NCBI GenBank assembly: GCA_964291265.2
Contig: OZ219747.1
Span: forward strand, 2,048,001 to 2,112,000
Direction of reading: 5' to 3'
DNA from: Alphaproteobacteria bacterium
Lineage (GTDB): Bacteria > Pseudomonadota > Alphaproteobacteria > SP197
Length of the DNA: 64,000 bases
Shown: positions 10,079 to 20,531 of the stretch, piece after piece
Layout: each line of letters opens with the position of its first letter
How positions within the stretch are numbered: the stretch's first letter is position 1
Position numbers and translations under genes: made by a program
The notes under the pieces: generated by a model
Database searches by the model: none
What the model was told of the DNA's origin: nothing
The model's input: only the letters and a program-made list of their open reading frames with translations

Positions 10079-10541
10079 GCGCCGGGTCGATGACCATGAG
10101 AATCTGGCCGTATTCGACCGGCCTGCCGTCGGAGACGAGAATCTGGGTCACGACGCCGCCGTGGGGGGCAAGGATCGGGTTCATGACCTTCATCGCCTCG
10201 ACGATCAGCAGGGTAGCGCCTTCCGAGACCTCGTCGCCCACCGTCACGAAGGACGTCGCACCGGGTTCCGCCGCCAGATAGGCGGTGCCGACCATCGGCG
10301 AGCGAACCGCACCCTCGCCGACGGCTTCCTGGGTGGTTTCCGAGGGGTTTGCGGCGGCGGTCTGCGGCGGATGCACGGCGGCCCGGGGCAAGGGAACAGA
10401 GGTCATGGAATCGGGTCCGCGCGCCACGCGCAGCTTGCGTCCGGCGTCTTCCACCTCGATTTCGGCAAGACCGGTTTCCTCGAGCAGGCGCGCGAGTTCC
10501 CGGATCGCCTCCGCATCGAGCGGGAAGGGTTCTTGGCTCAT
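10071..10541 (-). CDS. accB: Biotin carboxyl carrier protein
   Basis: VRSPMVGT...IVEAMKVMN biotinylation motif; start re-called at MSQEP (10541). Confidence 0.95.
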   Translation of the reverse strand: MSQEPFPLDAEAIRELARLLEETGLAEIEVEDAGRKLRVARGPDSMTSVPLPRAAVHPPQTAAANPSETTQEAVGEGAVRSPMVGTAYLAAEPGATSFVTVGDEVSEGATLLIVEAMKVMNPILAPHGGVVTQILVSDGRPVEYGQILMVIDPAHV

Positions 10542-10993
10542 GGTGAAGGAGATCCGACAATCGTGTGAATGGCCTCGAGGGCCAGTATGTAGCCGTGGCC
10601 ACCGAATCCGCAAATCGATCCCGTGGCGACAGCCGCCACATGGGAATGGTGCCGGAAGGTCTCCCTGGCATGAATGTTGGAGAGATGAACCTCGACAACG
10701 ATGCCGTCGAAAGCTCTGAGCGCGTCCGCGAGGGCCACGGACGTGTGGGTCAGTCCGCCGGCATTGACGATGAGCCCGTTCGCCTGACCGCAAGCCTTCT
10801 GGATGGCATCGATCAGTTCGCCTTCGTGGTTGCTCTGCAGGAAGTCCGTCACCATGGAGAGTTCAGCGGCCCGCCGACGCACGGCGTCCTCGATGCCGGA
10901 CAGTGTCTGCAGACCGTAGACGTCCGGTTCCCGCGTGCCGAGAAGGTTGAGATTGGGTCCATTGAGAACCAGGATTCGGATACCACCGGGCAT
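10538..10993 (-). CDS. aroQ: Type II 3-dehydroquinate dehydratase
   Basis: [45 protein letters not shown]. Confidence 0.95.
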   Translation of the reverse strand: MPGGIRILVLNGPNLNLLGTREPDVYGLQTLSGIEDAVRRRAAELSMVTDFLQSNHEGELIDAIQKACGQANGLIVNAGGLTHTSVALADALRAFDGIVVEVHLSNIHARETFRHHSHVAAVATGSICGFGGHGYILALEAIHTIVGSPSP

Positions 10994-11098
10994 GTCATCC
11001 CCACGAAGCCTCGGAGCCGCCCTCGCCCGGGCGCCTTCTCCCGGCATGAAGGGACCATTTCACACTGCCCCACCGGCCGGTGCAACCGCTGTCGGCAG

Positions 11099-12460
11099 TC
11101 ACTCGCCCTGGAGGAAGTCCGTGGCGGCCAGGATGTCCGTGGCACGAAACCAGTCGGCGGTCCCGGCCTCGAGGCCGTCGATCGCGTCCCCGGCAAGGAC
11201 GCGGGCACGCCGGAGTTCTCCTCTCAGGTAGTGCATCTCGGCACGGGCGATTCGGGACCGCGCCGCATTGCCCAGCTTTTCGAAGGCATGGCCAAGCAGG
11301 CTCCACGTCACCGGCGTGTCGCTCTCATGGGCGCGCGCCTCGTCGAGGTGGCGGACCGCCTCGCGCCAGCCGGCCTCCTCGTCGAGCTGCAGCAGGCTGC
11401 GTGCCAGGTTGATCCTCAGCAGCGGTTCTCCGGGGGCCAGCTCCACCGATCGTGCGTAGGAGGGAACGGAGGCGGCAATGTCACCGGTCTCGTAGAGCAT
11501 CTGGCCGCGCAGCTCGTGAAACCAGGGGTTCTCCGGCTCTTCCGCGATCAGGCCGTCGATGAGGACCAGCGCTTCGTCGAGGAGGCGCTCCCTGTAGCGG
11601 GCGATGGACCAGGCATAGCGGGAATAGACCGACTCGCCGGGATCCGGATAGGTGCGGTATGTGGTGCCCGGATCGAGCAGAAACCCGGTGACCTTGGCGA
11701 TCATGCGCCTGTGGCGGTCGATCCTGTCCGGGTCGACGGCGACGCCGCTGAAGGCGGAACGCTCGATGTGGGCATTCATCGTCTGCATGCGTTCCGTGCT
11801 GAGGGGATGGGTCAGGAACCATGGAATCTCGGAGGACGAAGACAGCAGGAGTTCCGACTCCGCAAACTCCCCCATCAGGTCGCGAAGTCCTTCCGCCGAG
11901 TGGCCCGTCAGTTCGAGGGATCTGAGGGCCGCCTGGTCGGCGGCCGATTCCTGGATGCGGCTGAAACGGGTGTACGCGCGCGTTCCCATCTGCTGCCCCG
12001 CCGCGGCAACAGCGATGCCCGCCTCGCCGCCTCCCATGAGGCCGACACCGACTCCGAGCAGTGTCGAGAGAATGACCATGGCCGAGGCGTCCTCAAGGGC
12101 GCCCCGGACCATCGTCAGGTGACCCGCGGCCAGATGACCGACCTCGTGGGCAATGACGCCGATCACCATGCCCGGATCGTCGCTGTGCCGCAACAGGCCG
12201 CTGAACAGGAACAGGTGCTTGCCGTTGGCAACGAAGGCATTGAGACTGTCATCGGCCACGAGATGGATGGAGAACCTGGCGAAGTCGAGACCGTTGGCCC
12301 GGAACAGTGGTTCGGCATAGCCGGCGATGATATCCTCGATCTCGGCGTCACGGAAAAGCGACAGGGTCTGACCCGACTGAGCCCGCGTGCCGTCCGACCC
12401 GCAGCACAAGGCCGCAAGGACACTCATGGCGAACACGATGGCGCGAACCGACAGTCCCAC
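11099..12460 (-). CDS. M48 family TPR metalloprotease (BepA/YfgC-like); start uncertain (GTG 12460 or ATG 12427)
   Basis: NAFVANG, VIAHEVGH (HExxH), QESAADQ, THPLSTER, C-terminal TPRs. Confidence 0.85.
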   Translation of the reverse strand: MGLSVRAIVFAMSVLAALCCGSDGTRAQSGQTLSLFRDAEIEDIIAGYAEPLFRANGLDFARFSIHLVADDSLNAFVANGKHLFLFSGLLRHSDDPGMVIGVIAHEVGHLAAGHLTMVRGALEDASAMVILSTLLGVGVGLMGGGEAGIAVAAAGQQMGTRAYTRFSRIQESAADQAALRSLELTGHSAEGLRDLMGEFAESELLLSSSSEIPWFLTHPLSTERMQTMNAHIERSAFSGVAVDPDRIDRHRRMIAKVTGFLLDPGTTYRTYPDPGESVYSRYAWSIARYRERLLDEALVLIDGLIAEEPENPWFHELRGQMLYETGDIAASVPSYARSVELAPGEPLLRINLARSLLQLDEEAGWREAVRHLDEARAHESDTPVTWSLLGHAFEKLGNAARSRIARAEMHYLRGELRRARVLAGDAIDGLEAGTADWFRATDILAATDFLQGE

Positions 12461-13970
12461 ATGGCGTGTGCTGGTGCTGGCCCTCGCCCTCGCGACAGTC
12501 GCCTGCGGAACCATGGAAGGGGATGGACCGCAAGTCGGACGAATCGTGGGCGGCAGCGAGGCCGGCCTGGTGGCGGGCGAGGACCCGTTGTCACGCCGGG
12601 TTGCCATGGAAGTGCTGGCACGGGGGGGAACCGCTGCGGATGCGGCGGTAGCATACTTCTTCATGGCGGCTGTCAGTTACCCCTCGAGGGTTTCGCTCGC
12701 TTCGGGTGGTCTGTGCCTGTCATACGAGGAAGCGGAAAACCAGACAAGGCTTCTGGATTTCCGCAACCGGCCGGCCGCCACGAAGGGCGCCGGTCTGCCG
12801 GTCCCGGGAGCCGTGCGCGGCATGTCGGCCCTGCAGGCCGTGCATGGCAGTCTGGCATGGCGTGATCTGCTGGTTCCTGCCGAACGCGCGGCACGGTTCG
12901 GCGTGCGGGTGTCACCGGCTCTTGCACGCGATCTCGAGAACGCCTCCGGCACCCTTCCAGACAACGCGCAAGCCGGGCGTCTCCTTGCGTCTCCGGCAGG
13001 GGGCATGCCGGATGTCGGCGACCTCCTGGTCCAGTTCGAACTGTCGGACATGCTGTCTGGAATCAGGACCCGTGGAGCCACCGATTTCTATCGTGGCGAG
13101 ACGGCGAGGAGCATCATGGAGGCGGCCCGTGTAGCGGGGCGCGTGATGACCCCCGAAGAACTCGGCTCCTATGCGGTGACGTGGTTCGATCCGACGACAC
13201 GCGCTCTCGAGCGTGGACTGATGGCCTCCGATCTGATCGTGCACGTGCCCGGCGGGACCATTGATGCCGGAGCGTCGACACTGACCGCCCTCGCCCTGCT
13301 GGACGAGGCGGGACCGGTCGATCGCGACGCGGAGAGGCACCACCTGCTTGCCGAGGTGGCCCTGCGCCTCGCGGTCGTGCGCGGTTCCGGCGCAACGGCG
13401 AACCTGATGGAGAGTTACAGCGCCGATCGGGCAACGGATTCGGCGGCCCTGCCGGGACCACCCGTGCCTCTCGTCGAATCCCCCCATGCCACGGGAGTCG
13501 TCACGGCCGACCGCATGGGCAACGCGGTGGCCTGCGTCTTCACCTTGAATGGTCTCTTCGGTGACGGGTCCGTGCTGCCAGGGACCGGCATCGTCACCCC
13601 GGCGTCATCGGGGAGCGATGAATCCCTGCTCCCCGTGATCGTGGTCAACGACGTGTTGCGTTCGGTGGTCCTTGCCGGCACGGCGACAGGCGGGTCTGCA
13701 TCGCCCGTCATCATGGCACAGGTCCTGACGGACGTGCTCGATGACGGGCTGTCGCTGGATGATGCCGTGCGTCGCGTGCGGGTGCATCATCCCGGCCTCC
13801 CTCACGTGGTCCTCGCCGAGGGCGAGGCCGGAGAGGCGCTCACGCAGCGTGGACATATGGTGGAGGCGGTCGCCGGGATCGGCCGAGTGCTCGCCGTTCA
13901 CTGTCCCGACGGTCTGCGCAATGCCCCGGCGAACTGTGCGGCGGTCACCGATCCGCGGGTGCCTGATTGA
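12438..13970 (+). CDS. Gamma-glutamyltransferase family lipoprotein (divergent)
   Basis: Lipobox-like LATVAC; EVLARGGTAADAAVA, VPGAVRGM, ADRMGNAVA..TLNGLFG. Confidence 0.75.
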   Translation: MARTDSPTWRVLVLALALATVACGTMEGDGPQVGRIVGGSEAGLVAGEDPLSRRVAMEVLARGGTAADAAVAYFFMAAVSYPSRVSLASGGLCLSYEEAENQTRLLDFRNRPAATKGAGLPVPGAVRGMSALQAVHGSLAWRDLLVPAERAARFGVRVSPALARDLENASGTLPDNAQAGRLLASPAGGMPDVGDLLVQFELSDMLSGIRTRGATDFYRGETARSIMEAARVAGRVMTPEELGSYAVTWFDPTTRALERGLMASDLIVHVPGGTIDAGASTLTALALLDEAGPVDRDAERHHLLAEVALRLAVVRGSGATANLMESYSADRATDSAALPGPPVPLVESPHATGVVTADRMGNAVACVFTLNGLFGDGSVLPGTGIVTPASSGSDESLLPVIVVNDVLRSVVLAGTATGGSASPVIMAQVLTDVLDDGLSLDDAVRRVRVHHPGLPHVVLAEGEAGEALTQRGHMVEAVAGIGRVLAVHCPDGLRNAPANCAAVTDPRVPD

Positions 13971-13974
13971 CGGC

Positions 13975-14460
13975 ATGCCGGTGGTGATCGGAGCTCCCTT
14001 CGAGGCCTTGCGCCTTGCCGTGACCCATGATCTTGTCGATCACAACGGTCACATGGGCATGCGCTCGTACACGAAGCTCTTCGACCGGGCTACCGGACCA
14101 TTCTATGACGCCCTCGGACTGTCGCGGGAGGTCCTTGCCAGGCACCGAGCCACCGTTTTTGCCCTTCAGGACACCTCCTGGTACATGCGGGAAGTCCTGC
14201 TGGATGATCCGCTCCTCATCACCGCACAGCTGGTCGATCACGACCACAGCAAGGTCGTGAGTTTCCTCACCATGATCCAGGAGCGGCAGAACTATGTCGC
14301 TGCATCCTTCGAGCTGATCGAGATCCTCGTGGATCGCGAGACCCGCCGTCCGCGCCGATTTCCGGAGTCCGCCGCCCGCGGCCTCGCCGCCGTGCGTGCG
14401 GCCCACGACAGTCTCGGGCGCCCTTCGCTCTCTGGACGGGGCATCGGCATACGCCGCTGA
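13975..14460 (+). CDS. Thioesterase-like (hotdog fold) protein
   Basis: VDHNGHM...Y..LFD motif; start re-called at ATG 13975. Confidence 0.75.
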   Translation: MPVVIGAPFEALRLAVTHDLVDHNGHMGMRSYTKLFDRATGPFYDALGLSREVLARHRATVFALQDTSWYMREVLLDDPLLITAQLVDHDHSKVVSFLTMIQERQNYVAASFELIEILVDRETRRPRRFPESAARGLAAVRAAHDSLGRPSLSGRGIGIRR

Positions 14461-14464
14461 TTCC

Positions 14465-16486
14465 CTATCCGGCCGCGCCCTCCGCTGCGCCATCCCCAGG
14501 AACGGTTTTCCCGGCTTGCGCTGAGCCGGTATCGTCCTGCTGCCCCTCGCGCTCCTCGCCGGCGGTCTCCAGGGCGCCTTCTCCGTTGGCCCTGCGCCGC
14601 CGGCCGCCGCGTCTGCCCCGCCGCCGGCGCTTGCGCTCTCCCGGCTCGGCGATCTCGTCCCCGTCTTCCTGACCGTCGGCTTTCGTCGGACCCGGATCCG
14701 TCTCGCTGCCAGCGTCGCGGCGCCGGCGCCGCGAACGCTTGCGGCGTCGTGGGAGCGAGGCCTCGTCGGGAGCCTGCGAGGCCTCGTCCCGGGGGGCATG
14801 GGCAGCCGCGCCGGTCTCTCCTCCATCGATGCGGAAGTCGGGCGCCACCAGCCGGTCATCGGCCTCGATCGTCACCGCGACACCGTAGCGAGTCTCGATG
14901 TCTGTCAGCATGAGCCGCTTGCGGTTGAGCAGCTGGAAGGCGATGGCCGTCGGCACGGTCACGAGGAGCGGTCCGCCGGTGCTGGCGACCGCCGCGCTTT
15001 CGATACCGCGCAGCACGTGCAGCGCCGTCGACTCGATCGACCGCACGTATCCGGTACCGCTGCACGTCGGGCACGGCGCCGAGATGGCTTCCTCGAGACT
15101 GGGACGCAGGCGCTGGCGGGAGAGTTCCATGAGGCCGAAGTGGCTGATGCGGCCAATCTGGCTGCGGGCGCGATCGCTCTTGACCGCCTCCTTCATGCGA
15201 CGTTCCACGATGGCATCGTTGCGGTGGTCGTCCATGTCGATGAAGTCGATGACGACGAGGCCGGCAAGATCCCGCAACCGCATCTGGCGGGCGATTTCAC
15301 GGGTCGCCTCGAGATTGGTCTTGAGGGCCGTTTCCTCGATGGAGCGCTCCCGTGTCGAACGCCCGGAGTTGACGTCGATGACCACGAGCGCCTCGGTCGG
15401 ATTGATGACGAGGGATCCACCTGAGGCGAGCGGCACCACGGGGTCGTGCATGGCATCGATTTCCCTTTCCACGTCGAAGGCGTGGAAGAGGGAAACCGGC
15501 TCCCGGTGCAGCTTCACCCTCGGGGCATGGCTCGGCATGAGGAACTTCATATACTCCTTCGCGGTGCGATAGCCTACGGCACCCTCCACGAGCACCTCGT
15601 CCACGCTCTTGGTGTAGAGGTCGCGGATGGCCCGCTTGATGATGCTGGCCTCTTCCCTGATGAGGCAGGGCGCCGTGCTCTTCAGCGTCTTGTCCCGGAG
15701 TTCCTCCCATTGCTTGAGGAGGCTGTTGTAATCGCGGCGGATTTCCGGGCGCGAGCGGTTCTGTCCCGCGGTGCGGATGATGAGTCCCATGCCTTCGGGA
15801 ACGTCGAGACCCGCGGCCACTTCCTTGAGGCGGCGGCGTTGCGCCTGATCCGTGATCTTGCGCGAGATGCCACCACCACGGGGCGTGTTGGGCATCAGCA
15901 CACAGTAGCGTCCGGCCATCGACAGATAGGTGGTGAGTGCGGCGCCCTTGGTGCCGCGTTCTTCCTTGGTGGCCTGAACCAGCAGGATCTGGTTCTTCCT
16001 GATCACCTCCTGGATGCGGTAACCGCGCCGCAGGATGGCTGCATGAAGGATTGCTTCGGGATGATCCTCGCGATCATCCTGCTGGCGGCGGCGTCCTCCC
16101 GGTGCCGCAGGGGCGCTGGACTCGGCGGGAACGGATTCGCCGTCCGCCGGGTCTCCCGCTTCGTCCTCGTTGATGTCGTCGAGACTCGCTTCCTCGACCA
16201 GTCTCGCCTGTTCCGCCGTGATCTCGTCGCGGTCGGATACGGGAACCTGAAAGTAGTCCGTATGAATCTCGCTGAACGGCAGGAACCCGTGGCGGCTGCC
16301 GCCGTACTCGACAAAGGCGGATTGCAGGGAAGGCTCGATGCGGACAACCTTGGCGAGATAGATGTTGGACTTGATCTGTGTCTTGACAGATGATTCGATG
16401 TCGAATTCCTGCAGTTCATGTCCGTTGGAAACGACAACGCGGGTTTCTTCCGCGTGGCTCGCGTCGATGAGCATGCGTGTGGTCAT
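14465..16486 (-). CDS. rne: Ribonuclease E/G
   Basis: RMLIDASHAEETRV, S1 domain, VIDVNSG, IDFIDM, CPTCSGTG, Arg-rich C-terminal tail. Confidence 0.95.
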   Translation of the reverse strand: MTTRMLIDASHAEETRVVVSNGHELQEFDIESSVKTQIKSNIYLAKVVRIEPSLQSAFVEYGGSRHGFLPFSEIHTDYFQVPVSDRDEITAEQARLVEEASLDDINEDEAGDPADGESVPAESSAPAAPGGRRRQQDDREDHPEAILHAAILRRGYRIQEVIRKNQILLVQATKEERGTKGAALTTYLSMAGRYCVLMPNTPRGGGISRKITDQAQRRRLKEVAAGLDVPEGMGLIIRTAGQNRSRPEIRRDYNSLLKQWEELRDKTLKSTAPCLIREEASIIKRAIRDLYTKSVDEVLVEGAVGYRTAKEYMKFLMPSHAPRVKLHREPVSLFHAFDVEREIDAMHDPVVPLASGGSLVINPTEALVVIDVNSGRSTRERSIEETALKTNLEATREIARQMRLRDLAGLVVIDFIDMDDHRNDAIVERRMKEAVKSDRARSQIGRISHFGLMELSRQRLRPSLEEAISAPCPTCSGTGYVRSIESTALHVLRGIESAAVASTGGPLLVTVPTAIAFQLLNRKRLMLTDIETRYGVAVTIEADDRLVAPDFRIDGGETGAAAHAPRDEASQAPDEASLPRRRKRSRRRRRDAGSETDPGPTKADGQEDGDEIAEPGERKRRRRGRRGGRRRRANGEGALETAGEEREGQQDDTGSAQAGKTVPGDGAAEGAAG

Positions 16487-16796
16487 GGAAGGTCCAGATG
16501 ATCCTGTCGGCAGGCGCCGTGACGTTGGTAGATCGCCGCTGCACTGCTGCCTCGGTTGGATGACGCCTCCACCATGAATCATCCGCGGCACGGGCAGCGT
16601 GCACGGCCTGCAGGACCGGAATCGGGATTCGGTTCATGCCAGGGGTATGATCGGGTGCAAGGGTCACGGTTGTTCCAGTTTCGGCGCTGAAACGGCACCT
16701 CACGTCGCGCTGTCCGGAGGTTGCGGATCGTCCGCAACTTCCTCCTGCCATCCCTTGGCAGTGATCAGGCAACGTCGATATCCTACAACATCTGAC

Positions 16797-17984
16797 ATGC
16801 GTCCGACAAGCCCCGGATACGTCAAGGCGGTCATGACCGTGATCATGCTGGCCCTGATGGCCTCGGGGTGGCACGGCGGCGCCCTTGCCGGCGATGCCGC
16901 TCTCATCGATGTGAGGGCCGGTATCTCGGAGGAGGTGACGCGCCTTGTCATCGATCTCGATGGACCGGCGGACTTCCGCACCTTCACGCTCGACGATCCT
17001 GCAAGAATCGTCGTTGACCTCTCGCAGGTGTCGCTGGCCGTGTCCGAGATGGAGCGCGGCATCGACACGGGTCTCGTCGTACGCGCCCGTTTCGGCACGC
17101 CCGCCGTCGACGTGACGCGTGTCGTGCTCGACCTTGCCGAACCCGGGGTGGTGCAGGACACCCTGGTCCTGGAACCCGAAGGCGGCTACAGCCACCGGAT
17201 CGTGCTCGACATCGCGCCCCGTGCCGCCCCCGTGCCGTCCAGCGACGCGGTGCAGGATGACCGTTTCCTGAAGCCCGGCATCAAGCCTTCCCCGCCGGTG
17301 CCGGTCATCGTTCTCGATCCCGGTCATGGCGGACCGGATCCAGGCGCCATCGGAGCCAGCGGCGCTCACGAGAAGGACATTGTCCTGGCCGCCGCGCGCG
17401 AACTGAAGGCGATGCTGGAGGAAACCGGCCGCTACCACGTTGTCATGACCCGTGATGGCGACTGGATCCTGCGTCTCGCCGACCGCGTCCTGTTCGCCCG
17501 TGCGGCGGGTGCGGACCTCTTCATCTCCATTCACGCCGATTCGATCGACAACCCGGAAGTCAGGGGCACCGGTGTCTACACGCTGTCGGAGGTCGCCTCG
17601 GACAAGGAGGCCGCGGCCCTGGCGAGAAAGGAGAACCGGTCCGACCTCATCGAGGGAGTCGATTTCGTCAGCATCGACTACGATCCGGTCACCACCAACA
17701 TCCTGATCGACCTCGCACAGAGGGAAACCAAGAACGCGTCGTCGGAATTCGCCGGAATTCTGGCCGACGAGCTCATCCGGGTGACCGAGTTGCGGCGGAA
17801 TGTCCACAGGTTCGCCGGATTTCGGGTGCTGAAGGCGCCCGACATCCCTTCGGTTCTGCTAGAGATGGGGTTCATGTCCAACCCGGTGGAGGAACGCCTG
17901 ATGAAGGATCGCTCCTGGCGGCACGCGTTCCTCGCCGGCGTCGTCAGGGCCATCGATGCCTTCATGGCGTCGCGCCTGCCGTAG
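16797..17984 (+). CDS. amiC: N-acetylmuramoyl-L-alanine amidase with AMIN domain
   Basis: LDPGHGGPDPGA, FISIHADS, VLKAPDIPSVLLEMGF; rne-amiC-mrcA-prfB synteny. Confidence 0.9.
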   Translation: MRPTSPGYVKAVMTVIMLALMASGWHGGALAGDAALIDVRAGISEEVTRLVIDLDGPADFRTFTLDDPARIVVDLSQVSLAVSEMERGIDTGLVVRARFGTPAVDVTRVVLDLAEPGVVQDTLVLEPEGGYSHRIVLDIAPRAAPVPSSDAVQDDRFLKPGIKPSPPVPVIVLDPGHGGPDPGAIGASGAHEKDIVLAAARELKAMLEETGRYHVVMTRDGDWILRLADRVLFARAAGADLFISIHADSIDNPEVRGTGVYTLSEVASDKEAAALARKENRSDLIEGVDFVSIDYDPVTTNILIDLAQRETKNASSEFAGILADELIRVTELRRNVHRFAGFRVLKAPDIPSVLLEMGFMSNPVEERLMKDRSWRHAFLAGVVRAIDAFMASRLP

Positions 17985-18051
17985 GCGTTGTCACCGGCGT
18001 GACACATGAACATGTGATCGTGGGTCGACCGGAGCGGGTGAAGAAGGCGGC

Positions 18052-20496
18052 ATGACCGCAACACGCGAGAAGAGGCCGGTGCGGCGGCAGGGGCGCTGGC
18101 TGCGATGGCTCACCGTGTGCGTGTCGGTGATCGTCGTCATGCTGATGGCCGTCGGCATTCTCATGATGGCCGCCTGGGCCAGTTTCAGCCAGGGCCTGCC
18201 GGATCACCGCATGCTGGCCGGTTACGCCCCCCCGGTGGCCACCCGTGTCTATGCCGGGGACGGCAGCCTGATGGCGCAGTTCGCCGTGGAGAACCGGGTT
18301 TTCGTCCCACTGCGAGCGATCCCCTCGAGGGTCAGGCAGGCCTTCATCTCGGCCGAGGACAAGACCTTCTTCACCCATCCGGGCATCGATGTCCTCGGCA
18401 TCGTGCGGGCGATGATCGCCAACGTGGAAGCGACCATCGAGGGCCGCCGGCTGCAGGGAGCGTCGACCATCACCCAGCAGGTCGCCAAGAACTTCCTGCT
18501 GTCAAACGAGATGTCCTACCGTCGCAAGATCCGCGAGGCGATTCTCGCGTTCCGCATCGAGGAAGCCCTGACCAAGGAGAGAATTCTCGAACTCTATCTC
18601 AACGAGATCTATCTCGGACTTGGAAGTTACGGGGTGGCGGCGGCGGCGCTCAACTACTTCGACAAGTCACTCGATTCCCTTTCGACCGCCGAGGCCGCCT
18701 ACCTGGCGGCGCTGCCCAAGGCCCCCAACAACTATCACCCGGAACGCAGGCGGCGGGAGGCCGTCGCGAGACGCAACTGGGTCATCGCGCGCATGGCGGA
18801 GGATGGCCACATCACACACCGCCAGGCGGTCCTGGCGCAGCGTCAGCCCCTGAGTGTCAGCAGGTCCGCGTCCCGCGCGCCTGTCAAGGCCGCCTATGCG
18901 GTCGAGGACATCCGCCGCACCGTTGCCAGCCGATACGGATCCGATGCGCTCTACACCGGAGGCCTGTATGTCAGGTCGACCATCGATCCGGCGCTCCAGG
19001 AGGCCGCCAGCCGCGCCCTGCGCAACGGTCTCGGACTCTATGACCGCCGGCGCGGCTGGCGTGGACCGGTGAGCCGCGTGAACCTCGACGACTCCTGGAC
19101 CGATGCCCTCGAGACGCTGGCCGGGTCGATGGACGTTGCTCCGTGGCAGGTTGCCGTCGTCCTCGGCATGAACGATACGGCGGCCGTTGTCGGGTTCGCT
19201 GACGCAAGCCACGGGCTTGTCCTCCTCGAAGACATGGCATGGGCGAGACGGCGACTCGACGCCGGCAGGCTCGGTCCGGTTCCCCGCCGGCCCGGTGACG
19301 TCCTCGCCCACGGTGATGTCGTCGTGGTGGAAAGGCTTGCAAGGGACGCCGCGGACGGCACCGGATTCCACGCTCTGCGGCAGATTCCCAGGGTGTCCGG
19401 CGGCCTTGTCGCCATGGACCCCCATACCGGCCGCGTGCTCGCCATGCAGGGTGGATTCAGCTACGCCATGAGCGAGTTCAACCGGGTGACGCAGGCCCTG
19501 CGCCAGCCCGGTTCCGCCTTCAAGCCCTTTGTCTACATGGCTGCCCTCGATCACGGATATACCCCTGCGGCGCTGATCGAGGATGCACCCTTTGTCTACG
19601 ATCCCGGCGCCGGACAGGATCTCTGGCGCCCGGCCAACTACACCCGGGAGTTCTACGGCCTGGTTCCGCTGCGGGTGGGCATCGAGAGGTCCCGCAACCT
19701 GATGACCGTGCGTCTGGCCAACACGCTGGGCCCCGACGTTGTCGAGGGGTATGTTCGCAGGTTCGGCATCCTGGATGATTCCCAGCCCTACTACCTGCCG
19801 GTCGCCCTGGGTTCCGCCGAGACCACCCTGATGCGCCTGACGGCGGCCTATGCGGCAATCGTCAACGGCGGCAGGAAGGTGGATCCCGCACTGATCGAGC
19901 GCATCCAGGATCGTCACGGCAGGACCATCTGGCGGCGTGACACGCGGCGCTGCGATGAATGCCGGACGACCCGGTGGGATCCTCGCCTGCCGGTCCCCCT
20001 GCTTGCGGACACGAGGCCCAGACTCGTTGATCCGGTGACTGCATATCAGATGGTGCACATGCTCGAGGGCGTGGTGGACCGAGGGACCGGGGTCCGGCTG
20101 CGTGCACTCGAAAGACCGCTTGCCGGCAAGACCGGCACCACCAACGACAATCGTGATGCGTGGTTCCTCGGGTTCTCGCCGGATCTCGCCGTAGGCGTCT
20201 ACGTCGGTTTCGATCGGCCGGGAACGCTCGGGGAGCGGGAGACCGGATCCTCGGTGGCGGTGCCTGTGTGGCAACTCTTCATGGCCGAGGCCCTGGCCGG
20301 CGAACCCGTCATTCCGTTCCGCATCCCCCCGGGGGTTCGTCTCGTGCGCATCGATGCCGACCATGGTCTGTTGCCGGGCGAGGTCACCACCCGGACCATC
20401 ACCGAGGCCTTCCGGCCGGGCAGCGAACCGACGGTTGAGGCGGACCGGCATGTCGTGCTATCGCTGGGCCAGGACAGGTCATCGGGCGTCTACTGA
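18052..20496 (+). CDS. mrcA: Penicillin-binding protein 1A
   Basis: SAEDKTF, GASTITQQVAKN, RQPGSAFKP (SxxK), SRN, GKTGT. Confidence 0.95.
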   Translation: MTATREKRPVRRQGRWLRWLTVCVSVIVVMLMAVGILMMAAWASFSQGLPDHRMLAGYAPPVATRVYAGDGSLMAQFAVENRVFVPLRAIPSRVRQAFISAEDKTFFTHPGIDVLGIVRAMIANVEATIEGRRLQGASTITQQVAKNFLLSNEMSYRRKIREAILAFRIEEALTKERILELYLNEIYLGLGSYGVAAAALNYFDKSLDSLSTAEAAYLAALPKAPNNYHPERRRREAVARRNWVIARMAEDGHITHRQAVLAQRQPLSVSRSASRAPVKAAYAVEDIRRTVASRYGSDALYTGGLYVRSTIDPALQEAASRALRNGLGLYDRRRGWRGPVSRVNLDDSWTDALETLAGSMDVAPWQVAVVLGMNDTAAVVGFADASHGLVLLEDMAWARRRLDAGRLGPVPRRPGDVLAHGDVVVVERLARDAADGTGFHALRQIPRVSGGLVAMDPHTGRVLAMQGGFSYAMSEFNRVTQALRQPGSAFKPFVYMAALDHGYTPAALIEDAPFVYDPGAGQDLWRPANYTREFYGLVPLRVGIERSRNLMTVRLANTLGPDVVEGYVRRFGILDDSQPYYLPVALGSAETTLMRLTAAYAAIVNGGRKVDPALIERIQDRHGRTIWRRDTRRCDECRTTRWDPRLPVPLLADTRPRLVDPVTAYQMVHMLEGVVDRGTGVRLRALERPLAGKTGTTNDNRDAWFLGFSPDLAVGVYVGFDRPGTLGERETGSSVAVPVWQLFMAEALAGEPVIPFRIPPGVRLVRIDADHGLLPGEVTTRTITEAFRPGSEPTVEADRHVVLSLGQDRSSGVY

Positions 20497-20531
20497 CTGC
20501 CTTGCGTGACGGCCGGAGGAGACAGGAAGCC

